Source of the DNA: Planctomycetota bacterium
GTDB lineage: Bacteria; Planctomycetota; B15-G4
Length of the DNA stretch: 64,000 bases
NCBI GenBank assembly: GCA_965248575.1
Contig: CBDFJQ010000002.1
Location: forward strand, 3,264,001 to 3,328,000
Direction of reading: 5' to 3'
Shown: positions 19,427-29,286 of the stretch, piece after piece
Numbering within the stretch: the first letter of the stretch is position 1
Layout: the number at the start of each line of letters is the position of its first letter
Made by a program: the position numbers and the translations under genes
Notes under the pieces: model-generated
Databases searched by the model: none
The model's input: only the letters and a program-made list of their open reading frames with translations
Told to the model about the DNA's origin: nothing

Positions 19427-20543
19427 CCGGCGTCCTGCGCAAAACGATGATGCGGCCCGAGTACCCGCAGGCCACGATGCAGAGCGTCGAACCGAGGTTC
19501 CCCACGTAGTCCGCTGCCATGTGATGCAGGCGGTCGGTGTCCTCGTAGATCTCCGTGGCGTCCCAGTCTCCGTCGTCGAGACCCAGGACCGTGATGGTCT
19601 TCTCGTAGCCCCCTGTGACCGCTTGCAGGCCCGGGGTCGTGGGGTCCACGCGCGCCAGCACGGCGCCGCGCAGCTTGGCGGACTCTTGATGGATGTCCTG
19701 CCGCTCGCCGTTCTCGTAGAGGCCGAGGCTGCCATCGTCCCGGGCCACGAGCAGGCGCTCACCATCCGTCGCCATGCGTGCGTTGCCGGCTGGCGCCAGG
19801 TCGATCACTTCCGTGGCGTAGCCCGTCCCATCCCGACGCAACATGACCAGGCTGCCGTCCGCGCAGGCGATGACCACGCCGTCCTGGTAGACGAGGGCGT
19901 TCTTGGCAGCGCCTGGCAAGGTCCCACCCGAAAGTTGCACCCAGCCCTCATCGGTGAGGTCCATGACCACGGCCTCCGTGTCAAAGCCGGCGAGAACCAC
20001 CTCGGCGCCAAGAGTGCCGTCGAGCTCTGCCACACAGGCGGCGTGCAGCAAGGCGGGCGATTGGTGTATCTCCTTCATCACCCACTCGCCAGCATCCCGG
20101 AAGAGCACGTGCGCCGCACCGGGACCGCCGTCATCCTCACCGCCCGTCGCGATGCCCACGGTGACGATCTCGAGGCCGGGCCGGTTGATGTCCACATCGC
20201 CGAGCACGCACTGCACCATCTCGCCGGGCGCCTGCCCGATGATCTCGTGGGTCCATGCCTGGTTCTCGAAGGCCACCAGATGCACGGCGCCGCTCACACC
20301 CACCGCTACGATCTCGTTGCCGGGTCGCGTGGGGTCGACGTCGCCCACGGCGCAGCCACCCAGCTTCTCGCCGGCCTCCACCGCGATCAGCGACGACCAG
20401 AGGCCGTTGTGGACCCAGGGCAGGGTGTCGGCGGCCTCGGGCCGTTCGACCATCTCCTGGGGTTCCTGGGCACACGCACCCAGGCACGAGAGGGCGAGCA
20501 CTGCCCCAAGCAGAACGGGTCGCGACTGGCGGTGCGTGTCCAT
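19419..20543 (-). CDS. Beta-propeller / FG-GAP-like lipoprotein
   Basis: Lipobox LGAC; repeated GDVDP..PG.EIV units; start MDTHRQ. Confidence 0.7.
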   Translation of the reverse strand: MDTHRQSRPVLLGAVLALSCLGACAQEPQEMVERPEAADTLPWVHNGLWSSLIAVEAGEKLGGCAVGDVDPTRPGNEIVAVGVSGAVHLVAFENQAWTHEIIGQAPGEMVQCVLGDVDINRPGLEIVTVGIATGGEDDGGPGAAHVLFRDAGEWVMKEIHQSPALLHAACVAELDGTLGAEVVLAGFDTEAVVMDLTDEGWVQLSGGTLPGAAKNALVYQDGVVIACADGSLVMLRRDGTGYATEVIDLAPAGNARMATDGERLLVARDDGSLGLYENGERQDIHQESAKLRGAVLARVDPTTPGLQAVTGGYEKTITVLGLDDGDWDATEIYEDTDRLHHMAADYVGNLGSTLCIVACGYSGRIIVLRRTPGV

Positions 20544-20735
20544 CGGGTGCTCCTGCTCTGGGTTGGGCCTGCGCTGGGGGCGCAGCCCGCGGGTGCCATG
20601 GCTGTGAGTGGGTCGCCGGCAGGGAATCCTATCCGGGAGAGCCGTCTGCGATCCACGAGGGGCTGGCAGTGCGGAGCCGATCGGCTCACCCACTTCCCTA
20701 GCGTTCCCAGGCTCCGAACAGGACGCCGGGCGGCC

Positions 20736-22727
20736 TCAGAAAATCTCCAGCAGCGGGTCGGGCTTCGGCCGCTTGAGCTTCATGCTCATGGAGGCGTAGC
20801 CCACCGTGCCCATGTCGCCGCCCAGCGTCAGGCTGTAGGTGCCCGTCACGGGCAGTGTCAGTCCGCTCAGTTTCAGCGTCTTGCCCGACTTCGACAGGGC
20901 TACCAGGCCCGTCAGGTTGAGGGGCTCCCCTCCCTGCGGCGTCACGGAGACGATCTGGGGCAGCAGGCCGGCGGGCAAACCAGCGAGCATGCTGGGCGCA
21001 CCCTTGGGCGGCTTCACCTGGCTGACCTTGGCCGAGCTCAATAACGACCCCGCAACGGCGTCGAACTGGAAGCTCTCGGCGCCGTCGTCCAAACCCACCG
21101 TGAACAGCTGCTTGAACTTGCCGGGCGCCGAGAGCTTGGTGCCCAGCCGATACTCACCACCCTCGAGGCTGGCGCCCAAGGCCTCCACCCGATAGCTGCC
21201 GGTCTGCGGCAAGACGAGCTTCTTGGTGCTGGCCTTCTTCTTGGAGGCCTTCGTGTTGCCGAGCTGTTCTGCGGAGGCCACCAACCACGAGCCGTCCGGT
21301 GCGATCACGCGCAGGGCGGGCTGCAAGCTGCCGGCCTTCTTGTTCACCTTTACGGAGAGCTTGCTGCCGGCCACCGCGTCCATCTCGACGCTGTGCACAC
21401 CGTCCTCGGGCAGGAGGCCGCGGATCTTCGTGCCCGGGGTAGCCGTCGCAACGGGCGCCGCCACCCAACTCAGCAGCTCGTCCGCGCGATCCCCCAGCCA
21501 GAGGATGATGTCGGTGTCCTGGTCCAAGGTCGAGCCAAAGAGCGGCACGGCCTGCACCACCCCCGCCTGGGAGAACGGCCCGGCGTCATAGATGACAAGC
21601 CGCGTGCTCAGGGGGTTCTGGGTCTTCCAGGTGAAGCCCGCCCAGGACGGGTGCAGCATGGAGGCTGAACCGCCCATGATGCCGTTGACCCCTTCGAAAC
21701 CCTGGTCGTCGAAACAGAACGGGTAGGGCATGCACGAAGGGTCGGTGTTCAGCAGGTAGTCCTCGCAGATCGATGTCTCCTTGTAGTGCAAGTACATCGG
21801 GAAAGACGCGAGCTGAAGCGGGTCCGCATAGAAGAGGGGCGAGGCCGCAAGCAGTTCCTCGGTCGAGGCATCGCCGAGCAGGGCGCCGGGCAACTCCGAG
21901 TGACCCTGGTCACCGAAGTGGTTCGCGGCAAGAAGCAGATCAGGGCGGAAGATGGGCCACCACATGGGCGCTCCGCCAAAGGACGCCATATGAGGCTGGG
22001 TGGGCTCGTCGAATTGGCCACCCAACCCCGCGAAGGGCGCTTCGTTTCGTCGGTCGGGGCCGAGGGCCGCCCACATGAGTGCCGCCGAACCGGCGCTCGT
22101 GCCGCGCACGGCGATACGCCGGTGGTCGAGCTGGGACATGAGCTCGTCCTGCATGTTGGCGAAGGGCGCCGTCTTGCGAGCCAGGTGCCGCACATGCTGC
22201 ACGAGCATGACGGCGTCCTTCTCGCACATGAAGTAGTCGCTGGAGTCGTAGGGTGCAACGCCGCTACCCACGAGATCCGGCGGCACAATACCCGGCGCGT
22301 GAAAGAGCCCGTGCCCAGGCCAGTCGGGTGGCTCGCCGAACTCGTCGTTGCACTCGGCGCCGAATGCGATGTCGAAGGCATCCGAGTCCGTCTCCAAGCT
22401 CGGCGTGCTGCGCGCCACGACCACCGCAAAACCCACGTCGAGCAGACGCCCGAAGAGGTTGTTCTCATCAGCAACCTGATCGATGGTGATGGCGAAGGCC
22501 TTGAGGTCGAGATAGACCAACACCGGCCAACCGCCGGGGGGCATCTCCAGCACTTGCGGATCCGGCAGGTAGAGCCGGTACGTCTGCAGACAGTTCCCTT
22601 CCAGCGGCGCGCCGACGTAGGACCAGGGCTCACTGTTCTCGGGCGGGATCAGCTGGGCCAGCAGCCCGCTGGCCCCTCCGAGGGGCGACAGCAGAAAAAG
22701 CAGCAGGAGAGTCAGGCGCCTGGACAT
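20736..22727 (-). CDS. Secreted alpha/beta-hydrolase (esterase-like) with C-terminal Lys-rich beta domains
   Basis: Signal peptide; GGWPVLVY; nucleophile elbow GTSAG; LPQTGSY and LPVTGTY PPC-like modules. Confidence 0.65.
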   Translation of the reverse strand: MSRRLTLLLLFLLSPLGGASGLLAQLIPPENSEPWSYVGAPLEGNCLQTYRLYLPDPQVLEMPPGGWPVLVYLDLKAFAITIDQVADENNLFGRLLDVGFAVVVARSTPSLETDSDAFDIAFGAECNDEFGEPPDWPGHGLFHAPGIVPPDLVGSGVAPYDSSDYFMCEKDAVMLVQHVRHLARKTAPFANMQDELMSQLDHRRIAVRGTSAGSAALMWAALGPDRRNEAPFAGLGGQFDEPTQPHMASFGGAPMWWPIFRPDLLLAANHFGDQGHSELPGALLGDASTEELLAASPLFYADPLQLASFPMYLHYKETSICEDYLLNTDPSCMPYPFCFDDQGFEGVNGIMGGSASMLHPSWAGFTWKTQNPLSTRLVIYDAGPFSQAGVVQAVPLFGSTLDQDTDIILWLGDRADELLSWVAAPVATATPGTKIRGLLPEDGVHSVEMDAVAGSKLSVKVNKKAGSLQPALRVIAPDGSWLVASAEQLGNTKASKKKASTKKLVLPQTGSYRVEALGASLEGGEYRLGTKLSAPGKFKQLFTVGLDDGAESFQFDAVAGSLLSSAKVSQVKPPKGAPSMLAGLPAGLLPQIVSVTPQGGEPLNLTGLVALSKSGKTLKLSGLTLPVTGTYSLTLGGDMGTVGYASMSMKLKRPKPDPLLEIF

Positions 22728-22942
22728 GGGGAGAGCAGGGTAGGTCGGGTGAGGGTTGGGCGTGAAGGCCGAGACGGCGAACAGGGGTGTGGGAGCCGCT
22801 CAGGGGAAGGGGTCTGCATCGGCAACCGGACCAACGGAAGCTGAGGCCACCTCAGGGGCTAGCTCAGGCCAGAGCGCACGGAGCCACTCTCGCGGGCAAC
22901 AGCTCGGAGCGAGCCGGAGCACACCATCGCCCCCTACAGCGA

Positions 22943-22988
22943 TGGCGGGCCCTCGGGGGCTCGAACCCCGGGCCGACGGATTATGAGT
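22943..22988 (-). repeat. Duplicated 3' half of tRNA-Ile2 (attR-like)
   Basis: 44/46 nt identical to 24483-24528, from anticodon loop to CCA. Confidence 0.92.
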
Positions 22989-23025
22989 TCTCGGTTGGAA
23001 GTTCGAGCGAGACTGTGGCGTGTCG

Positions 23026-24267
23026 CTACTCGCCGTCGCCCGGGGCATTGACCGGCAGGAGCATCACGGCGTGCTGTCGCCCATTGCGCTCTGCCGAGCC
23101 GACGATGAATCCGGCGTCGTTGATGTCCATCGCGTAGTTGATCCGCCAGCTCTTGTCCGCAACGAGGTCGTCCAGGAAGTAAACCTGTCCGTCCTTCATC
23201 AGGTAGGCCAGCGAATCGTCCCAATCCGACGGCGGCCAGGGCTCGCCCTCCTTCCAACCCCATCCAACCACGTCGCCGTGGCTGTTCACTTCGCTCAGCC
23301 GAGGGTAGGGGGACAGGCCGGCCTCATTCAGGAGATCCTCGACGTCGAGGATGACTCCGTCGCGCAAGAGCCCGCCGTAGTTGAGGACGTCTCCTTGCTC
23401 ATTGATGTCATTGTTCAGGGAATGCGACGCGGTGCCGACCTTGCCCGGCAGCTCTTGCATCGTGCCGTCCTTCCACGTCCACCAGACGGTGTAGAACTCG
23501 CCCTCCCACTGCTCGTCGGGAACCACCGAATAGCCGAGCACGGCGCCGTTCGCATTGGCCGCGACGGTGCGGGCGAATCCCTCCTGAATGACGGTGAGTG
23601 TTTCATCGGCCTCGAGGAACGCTGCGTTGGCCATCTCTATCCCAACGCTCTCTTGAACAGTCAGCGCCAACCCGCCACTTGTCGTGATGCCGCGCACGAA
23701 GACATTCACGTCTTCCTCCAAGGCGAGCTTGAACCCCCACTCCGGCGTCAGCGGCGAACTCAGGGAGGTGGAGTACTCCGACACCCAGCTCGTAAAGGGT
23801 TCATAGGTATCCGCGGGGTGCAGCGTAATCGCGACGGTCCCCGAGGCATTCAGCTCGGGACCGAAATCGCTGGGCCCCCTGAATGACTCCACGAACCGGT
23901 GTTTCTCAAGCGGGAAGAACTCCCATCCCGTTGGACCGGGGCCGTAGAGAAAGACGGCGTGAGCCCCGTCGAGCGTCATCGCCAAGCCGGCCACCTGGTT
24001 CAACTCGTTGATGCTGTGGGCCCAGGAGTCCGAGTTCTGCCACGCGCCCGCAAAGCTCGTGACCGGGGGTGTCGCGTCGCCGAAGGGGTCGTCGCCTGAT
24101 GCCCCGCTCATCCACTCGGGATCTCCGGGTAATGGCGGAGGCGGGCCGAGGGCGAAGATCGTGTAGGACGGCGCCGACGGTGTCTCTGCGCTGAGGGTCA
24201 AAACTGTGAGCGTCGCAATGAAGCCCAGGAGCAGGACTAAGATCAGCCAGAAGGGTGGATTGCGCAT
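23026..24267 (-). CDS. Extracellular HAF-repeat (DUF3466-like) beta-propeller protein
   Basis: SWAHSINELNQVAG, AMDINDAGFIVG..RQHAVMLLP; N-terminal hydrophobic segment; AGGAG RBS. Confidence 0.8.
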   Translation of the reverse strand: MRNPPFWLILVLLLGFIATLTVLTLSAETPSAPSYTIFALGPPPPLPGDPEWMSGASGDDPFGDATPPVTSFAGAWQNSDSWAHSINELNQVAGLAMTLDGAHAVFLYGPGPTGWEFFPLEKHRFVESFRGPSDFGPELNASGTVAITLHPADTYEPFTSWVSEYSTSLSSPLTPEWGFKLALEEDVNVFVRGITTSGGLALTVQESVGIEMANAAFLEADETLTVIQEGFARTVAANANGAVLGYSVVPDEQWEGEFYTVWWTWKDGTMQELPGKVGTASHSLNNDINEQGDVLNYGGLLRDGVILDVEDLLNEAGLSPYPRLSEVNSHGDVVGWGWKEGEPWPPSDWDDSLAYLMKDGQVYFLDDLVADKSWRINYAMDINDAGFIVGSAERNGRQHAVMLLPVNAPGDGE

Positions 24268-24425
24268 GCCCGACTCCTTGTGAATGAGATGATCTTCTTC
24301 CGGCGGGTTCTTAGAGCGTAAGCGAGACGAAGCCGCTCGTGTGAGCCCTCGAACACGTGGTGTTGGCCGCGAGCTTTTTGGGGGAAGCGGACGGAGTGAC
24401 CGGGAGGGACACGGGTAGCACCCCG

Positions 24426-24446
24426 TTGGCTGTCAACTTGGCTGTC
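24426..24446. repeat. Tandem TTGGCTGTC x2, integrase arm-type site-like
   Basis: TTGGCTGTC-AAC-TTGGCTGTC 36 nt from the tRNA 3' end. Confidence 0.5.
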
Positions 24447-24482
24447 TGCCCATGGCCAACTGCGCGAATTCGTGCTCAAACA

Positions 24483-24559
24483 TGGTGGGCCCTCGGGGGC
24501 TCGAACCCCGGACCGACGGATTATGAGTCCGCTGCTCTAACCAGCTGAGCTAAGGGCCC
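24483..24559 (-). tRNA. tRNA-Ile2 (anticodon CAT, lysidine type)
   Basis: GGGCCCTTAGCTCAGCTGGTTAGAGCAGCGGACTCATAATCCGTCGGTCCGGGGTTCGAGCCCCCGAGGGCCCACCA; full cloverleaf with CCA; ileX-like rather than Met. Confidence 0.93.
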
Positions 24560-24574
24560 CCAGTTCGGAGCAGC

Positions 24575-27208
24575 TTACGGTTCGCAGAGGGTTCCCGTGA
24601 GCCCGTTGCTGAAGACCCAGCCTTCGGGCTGCGTGGAATCCATGAGCGCGGCCTGCACGTAAATGGTCAGGTCGTAGAGCAAAGGGTCGTTGGGCACGTT
24701 GAGCAGCTTGTGCACCTCGCCGGACGCGTCGGCGCCGATGCCGAACAGGATCCAGTTGCTGGGGCTGACCAGGATCGTGCCGCCGAAGACCGGGCCCGAG
24801 ACCGGCGCGATGCCCACGATCAGCGAGCCCGTCGTGAGGGGCTCGCCGCCTGTGACGTCGAAGGTCTGGGCTTGGGCGACGGTGGTGCTGGAGGCCGTGT
24901 CCAAGGTCAGGGTGTTGGTGCCGCCCAGGCCCACTCCGTAGGGCTCGTAGTTGCAGCCGTCGTCCAGGACGTAGTCCCAGATGCCGCGCCCGTAGGTACC
25001 GAAGCGGATCAGGTTCAGACCGGGGACCTCCTCGGCGCTCCAATAGGTGGTGATCGGTGCGTCGTCACTTGCCGCGTCCAGCCACAGGGTGCCGGAGGCG
25101 TCGCGGATGTAGACCGAGGTCTCGGTGCCGCACATGACCGTGCTGCCGTCGGGAGATTCCGCCAGGCAGTACACCAACGTGCTGGGCAAGCCCTGCCCCC
25201 AGGGCGCGAAGCTCTGGCCGCCGTCGGTGCTCTTCCACACCGCCGGGCTGCCGTAGCCGCTGCCGCCGATGTAGACGGTGTCGACGTCCACATGGCTGGG
25301 CTGGATCGCCGTGCCGTACAACCACACCTCGCTCGGGCCCGTGGTCGCCGACTGGTTCCAGTTCACGCCCTTGTCGTTGGAGTAGAAGAGCCGGCCGAAG
25401 TTCGTGGCGGCATAGGCACGGTTGCTGTCCATGGGCGAGAAGGCGATGCCCGTCATGTACTCGCCCGAGCTGCCATCGAAGGCGAAGCTGGACCACTGGG
25501 TCGCGTTCCACACATTCCCCACGGCCGCCTTCTGGTAGCGGTAGAGGCGCTTGGCACAAAAGAAGAAGGCGTTGTTCGCGTCGGGGTCGGCCTGGATGTA
25601 GGGCAGCCAGGGGTGGCTCTCGTTGTCCGGGAAGTCCGCCGTGAACAGCTGCTCGCCGTTCTCGTTCTTCGAGGCCAGGATGAAGCCTGGGTAGACGGAG
25701 TAGACCCAGCGGTGGCTGCCATCCCCGGACGTCAGGTGCGCGTAGTCGCCGCTGATCAGCTGGTCGAACTCGTACAGGGTGCCGCCCAGCGGCGGGTCGT
25801 GCGCCGCCTGGTAGCCCTGGTCCTGTGCGCCGGCGTGGATGTGATCCGTGTTCAGGTTCGACGTGTGGGTGGTGTAGTACTGGCTCACCCGCAGGCCGTC
25901 GAGGGAGATGTTGGCGACGCTCGAGAGGCCGTCCGTGCTGGTGTAGAGACCGCCGTCCGTGCAGATGTACCAGGTCTCACCGCCACCGACGTCCGGCACC
26001 ACATCCATGCCCGGGATGTCCGCGTGCAGCTTGGTGGCCTCCTCGCCGTAGTACTCGTACCAGGGGTTCACGATGTCGAAGCTGTTGCCGCCGTCGTCGG
26101 ATCGGTGCACTTCCACACCTCCCCAAGCGAAGAGGTCCGGGTCCACCGTCGAGGCGTTGAGGGTGCCCCAGTAGTCGCTCACGGCGCCCTTGTCGATCCA
26201 GGAGACGCCCGCGTCATCGGAACGATAGAGCGTCTTGGCCCCGCCCACGTCCAGCACGGCCCACAGCCGGGGTGCGCCTGCCTCGCTGCCCGTGATCTCG
26301 CCGCCGTTGCCGACGACCGGCAAGCTGCCCACGAGCGCCCAGTTGTCACCGTTGTCGAAGCTGGCCCAGACGTTGCTGTTACGCAGCAGGTAGAGCGCAC
26401 TCGCTCCGGTACGGGAAGCCCAGAGATCGCCCTCCCAATCCACCAGGCCGATCGACTGCTGGAAGGACGCGCCGCGGTTCGTGGAGCGGTACAGACGGTT
26501 GCTGTATTGGGAGCCGCTCCACCAGCGCACCAGGATGAAGATGCTGTGGGAGCCGTCCGATGTGCTGAGCAGCCGACGCACCGAACTCACATTGGTCGGC
26601 AAACCCGTGGGCGCCGTCCAGGTGACGCCGTCGTCCGTCGAGCGATGCACGAGGCCGCCGTCGGTGGCGCGCACCATGATGTCGGGGTCACCGCCGTTGA
26701 CACCCGGAACGACCACCAACCAGTGGGCGCCCCCGTCGAGATTGTCACCCAAGGGCGTCCAGTTCTGGCCCGAAAGCGAACCGCGCCAGACACCGCCGCG
26801 CGACGAACCGCCGTAGAGCTGGGTTCCATCCGATGAACGCGCCGCCACATGCATACGCCCCGCGAGGTTCTTGCTGCCCCGCTCCACCCACGGCGTCGCC
26901 GTCGAAGCCGAGATCATGCCCGCCATGGCGTTGCGCTTCTCGCGCTGGGCCGCGGCATTGGCGGCCTCTGCTGCCTTCCAGTCGAAGGACGGCGGCGCCA
27001 CGTGCCGCTCCTTGTGGTAGTCCTTGCGCTCCTTCTTGTAGTCGCGCAGGTCCTCCGCAATACGCGTCGGGTCGGCCGGCATCATGTGGTGGGTCGGGAC
27101 CGGCTTCGTGCCGCTCTCCTCGTCGTGCTTCCCTGCTTGTGAAGCAGGTGGTGAAGCACAAGCCGTCGCAAGGAACGCGAACGCAAGACAGATCAGGGTG
27201 CGGGCCAC
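24575..27208 (-). CDS. BNR/Asp-box (VPS10/sortilin-like) repeat lipoprotein with conserved C-terminal domain
   Basis: Repeated S.D.G..W Asp-boxes; GTYGRGIW; lipobox ATAC; C-term YVQAALMD..QPEG..SNGL. Confidence 0.88.
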   Translation of the reverse strand: MARTLICLAFAFLATACASPPASQAGKHDEESGTKPVPTHHMMPADPTRIAEDLRDYKKERKDYHKERHVAPPSFDWKAAEAANAAAQREKRNAMAGMISASTATPWVERGSKNLAGRMHVAARSSDGTQLYGGSSRGGVWRGSLSGQNWTPLGDNLDGGAHWLVVVPGVNGGDPDIMVRATDGGLVHRSTDDGVTWTAPTGLPTNVSSVRRLLSTSDGSHSIFILVRWWSGSQYSNRLYRSTNRGASFQQSIGLVDWEGDLWASRTGASALYLLRNSNVWASFDNGDNWALVGSLPVVGNGGEITGSEAGAPRLWAVLDVGGAKTLYRSDDAGVSWIDKGAVSDYWGTLNASTVDPDLFAWGGVEVHRSDDGGNSFDIVNPWYEYYGEEATKLHADIPGMDVVPDVGGGETWYICTDGGLYTSTDGLSSVANISLDGLRVSQYYTTHTSNLNTDHIHAGAQDQGYQAAHDPPLGGTLYEFDQLISGDYAHLTSGDGSHRWVYSVYPGFILASKNENGEQLFTADFPDNESHPWLPYIQADPDANNAFFFCAKRLYRYQKAAVGNVWNATQWSSFAFDGSSGEYMTGIAFSPMDSNRAYAATNFGRLFYSNDKGVNWNQSATTGPSEVWLYGTAIQPSHVDVDTVYIGGSGYGSPAVWKSTDGGQSFAPWGQGLPSTLVYCLAESPDGSTVMCGTETSVYIRDASGTLWLDAASDDAPITTYWSAEEVPGLNLIRFGTYGRGIWDYVLDDGCNYEPYGVGLGGTNTLTLDTASSTTVAQAQTFDVTGGEPLTTGSLIVGIAPVSGPVFGGTILVSPSNWILFGIGADASGEVHKLLNVPNDPLLYDLTIYVQAALMDSTQPEGWVFSNGLTGTLCEP

Positions 27209-27268
27209 GAGAGCCTCCGGGGCAGGCGTGAGGTGACGAACGGGGACGTGGAGCCTATCAGCCCGGAC

Positions 27269-28543
27269 CTACTCGTGCCGAAGCGCCTCGATCGGATCCA
27301 TGGCCGCAGCGCGCCGCGCCGGGTAGAGGCCGAAGACCACCCCCGTCAGGCAGGAGATGCCCATGGAAAGGATCACCGAGCCCGGGGTGACCACCGCGTT
27401 CCACTCCGTGAGCGTCTTCACCAACCAGACGGCGGCACCGCCCAGACCGATGCCCAGGACACCGCCCACGACGCTCAGCGTCACGGTCTCCACCAAGAAT
27501 TGCCAGGTGATGTCCCCACCTGTGGCGCCCAACGCGCGCCGGATTCCGATCTCTTGCGTGCGCTCGGTGATGCTCGCCAACATGATGTTGAGGATGCCGA
27601 TCCCGCCCACCAGCAGGGAGATGCCCGCGATGATCGGCAACACGATGTTGAACACGCGCTGGGTACGCTGGCGCGACTCCAGCAACTCCAAGGGCACGAT
27701 CACTTCGTAGTCCCGTTTCTTGTGCAGCCGCTCCAGGATGGTCTTGATGGAGCGCGCGGCCGTGATCACCGACTCCTCGGAGTCGATCGTGCAGACGATC
27801 TGGTGCAGCTCCACCCGGCTGCTCTCGAAGCTGCCCGCCTGTTGGTTCACGTCCATGAGGCCGAAGCGATCCACCACGGATTCGTAAGGCACATAGACCT
27901 CCATGGCCCGATCATCCATGCCCAAGCTGGCCTTGTTGGGGCTCTGGAACTCGAACTCGGGCAGAACGCCCACCACCCGGAAGTACTCGGTGCCCACCTT
28001 CAGGTCGAGCTTGAGCGGGTCGCCTACGTAGCGCGCCTCCTTCAGCAACCCTTGCCGGATGACCGCAACACGTCGCCGGCGTTCGCCGTCGATGGGCGTG
28101 ATGGTGCGACCGATGAACGGTTCCAGGTGCAGACGATCGAAGTACTCGGCCGTGACTCCACGCACCTTGGACGCGATGCGACGGCTCTTGAACCACAGGA
28201 ACTTCTGCACGTCGTGTACCGGCAGGACGTCCTGCACGGCCGGGACGGTCTCGGCAATCACCGCCGCGTCCTGCCAGGTCAGGCCGTACTCGAGGGTCCA
28301 GCTGTCGTCGGCCTCCTGGGAGTCCTGCTCCACCGGCGGCTTCTTCGCGTTCAGGATGATGTTGCGGATGCCCAGCTGCTCGATCTGGTCGAGGATCGCG
28401 CGCCGCGCCCCCTCGCCCGTGGACATCATGGCCATGACCGAGGCCACGCCGAAGATGATGCCCAGCGCCGTGAGGAACGAACGCAGCTTGTGGCGCGACA
28501 GGTTCCGCAGCGCTTCCGCCACGAGCTCCAGGAAGTACGTCAT
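27269..28543 (-). CDS. ABC transporter permease, MacB/FtsX family
   Basis: RSFLTALGIIFGV, VGGIGILNIMLASITERTQEIGIRRALGA, PIEALRHE. Confidence 0.95.
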   Translation of the reverse strand: MTYFLELVAEALRNLSRHKLRSFLTALGIIFGVASVMAMMSTGEGARRAILDQIEQLGIRNIILNAKKPPVEQDSQEADDSWTLEYGLTWQDAAVIAETVPAVQDVLPVHDVQKFLWFKSRRIASKVRGVTAEYFDRLHLEPFIGRTITPIDGERRRRVAVIRQGLLKEARYVGDPLKLDLKVGTEYFRVVGVLPEFEFQSPNKASLGMDDRAMEVYVPYESVVDRFGLMDVNQQAGSFESSRVELHQIVCTIDSEESVITAARSIKTILERLHKKRDYEVIVPLELLESRQRTQRVFNIVLPIIAGISLLVGGIGILNIMLASITERTQEIGIRRALGATGGDITWQFLVETVTLSVVGGVLGIGLGGAAVWLVKTLTEWNAVVTPGSVILSMGISCLTGVVFGLYPARRAAAMDPIEALRHE

Positions 28544-29283
28544 GTGGGCGTCTCGGCCATGGGCGTCCCCGCCTCTGCCCGACCCCCGCTGCCCTGGGCG
28601 ATGTCGTCCTCGATGCGCCCATCGCGCAGCATCACCCGACGCGGCGCCGCCGCGGCGATCTCCGGGTCATGGGTGATGACGACGATGGTGCGACCCGCAT
28701 CATGCAGCTCGTAGAAGAGGTCCATGATCTCGCCGGACGTCACGCTGTCGAGGTTGCCGGTGGGCTCATCTGCCAGCAGGAGTGCGGGGTTGTTCGAGAG
28801 GGCGCGCGCCACGGCCACACGCTGCTTCTCGCCACCGGAGAGTTGGGACGGCACATGCCCCAGGCGATGCCCCAAGCCGACCTTGTCCAGCAGCTCTCGG
28901 CAACGCTCGTGGCGTTTCTTGCGGCTCATGCGCGCGTAGAACAGGGGCAGCTCGACGTTCTCCATGACCGTCAGATGGGTGACGAGATTGAAGGACTGGA
29001 AAACGAAACCGATGCGCGTGTTGCGGATGCTCGACAGACGTTTGTCGTCTAGCTGGGCCACGTCTTCGCCGGCGATTTCGTAGCGCCCATGAGTTGGACG
29101 GTCCAGGCAACCCAGGATGTTCAGCATGGTGGACTTGCCCGAGCCCGACGGCCCGACGATCGCCAGGTACTCGCCTTCTTCAACAGCGAGGTCGATGCCG
29201 CGCAGCACCCGCACCGCGGTGTCACCGGCACCGTAGATCTTCTCGATGCCTTCCAGCTTGAGGACCGTGTCGCCGTGGGTCAT
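28540..29283 (-). CDS. ABC transporter ATP-binding protein (MacB/LolD-like)
   Basis: [27 protein letters not shown]. Confidence 0.96.
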   Translation of the reverse strand: MTHGDTVLKLEGIEKIYGAGDTAVRVLRGIDLAVEEGEYLAIVGPSGSGKSTMLNILGCLDRPTHGRYEIAGEDVAQLDDKRLSSIRNTRIGFVFQSFNLVTHLTVMENVELPLFYARMSRKKRHERCRELLDKVGLGHRLGHVPSQLSGGEKQRVAVARALSNNPALLLADEPTGNLDSVTSGEIMDLFYELHDAGRTIVVITHDPEIAAAAPRRVMLRDGRIEDDIAQGSGGRAEAGTPMAETPT

Positions 29284-29286
29284 GCG

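Larger units (their letters stand above)
22943..24528. mobile_element. tRNA-integrated genomic islet, 1540-bp repeat offset, no integrase
   Basis: Flanked by tRNA 3'-half direct repeats; one cargo gene; arm-type repeats near the tRNA. Confidence 0.75.

Noticed and set aside
24290..24420. Plus-strand frame ...KRDEAARV...ELFGG* resembling an integrase C-terminal tail
   Set aside because: No catalytic H/R/Y motifs and too short to support a pseudogene call
24483..24559. tRNA-Met assignment from the CAT anticodon
   Set aside because: Paired G1-C72 and no GGG/CCC anticodon stem exclude the initiator; the sequence resembles Ile2 tRNAs
24710..26836. Long antisense ORFs (also 4136-5560, 11341-12810, 19290-21044, 38458-40413)
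   Set aside because: Shadow ORFs opposite well-supported genes, expected from GC-rich codon bias
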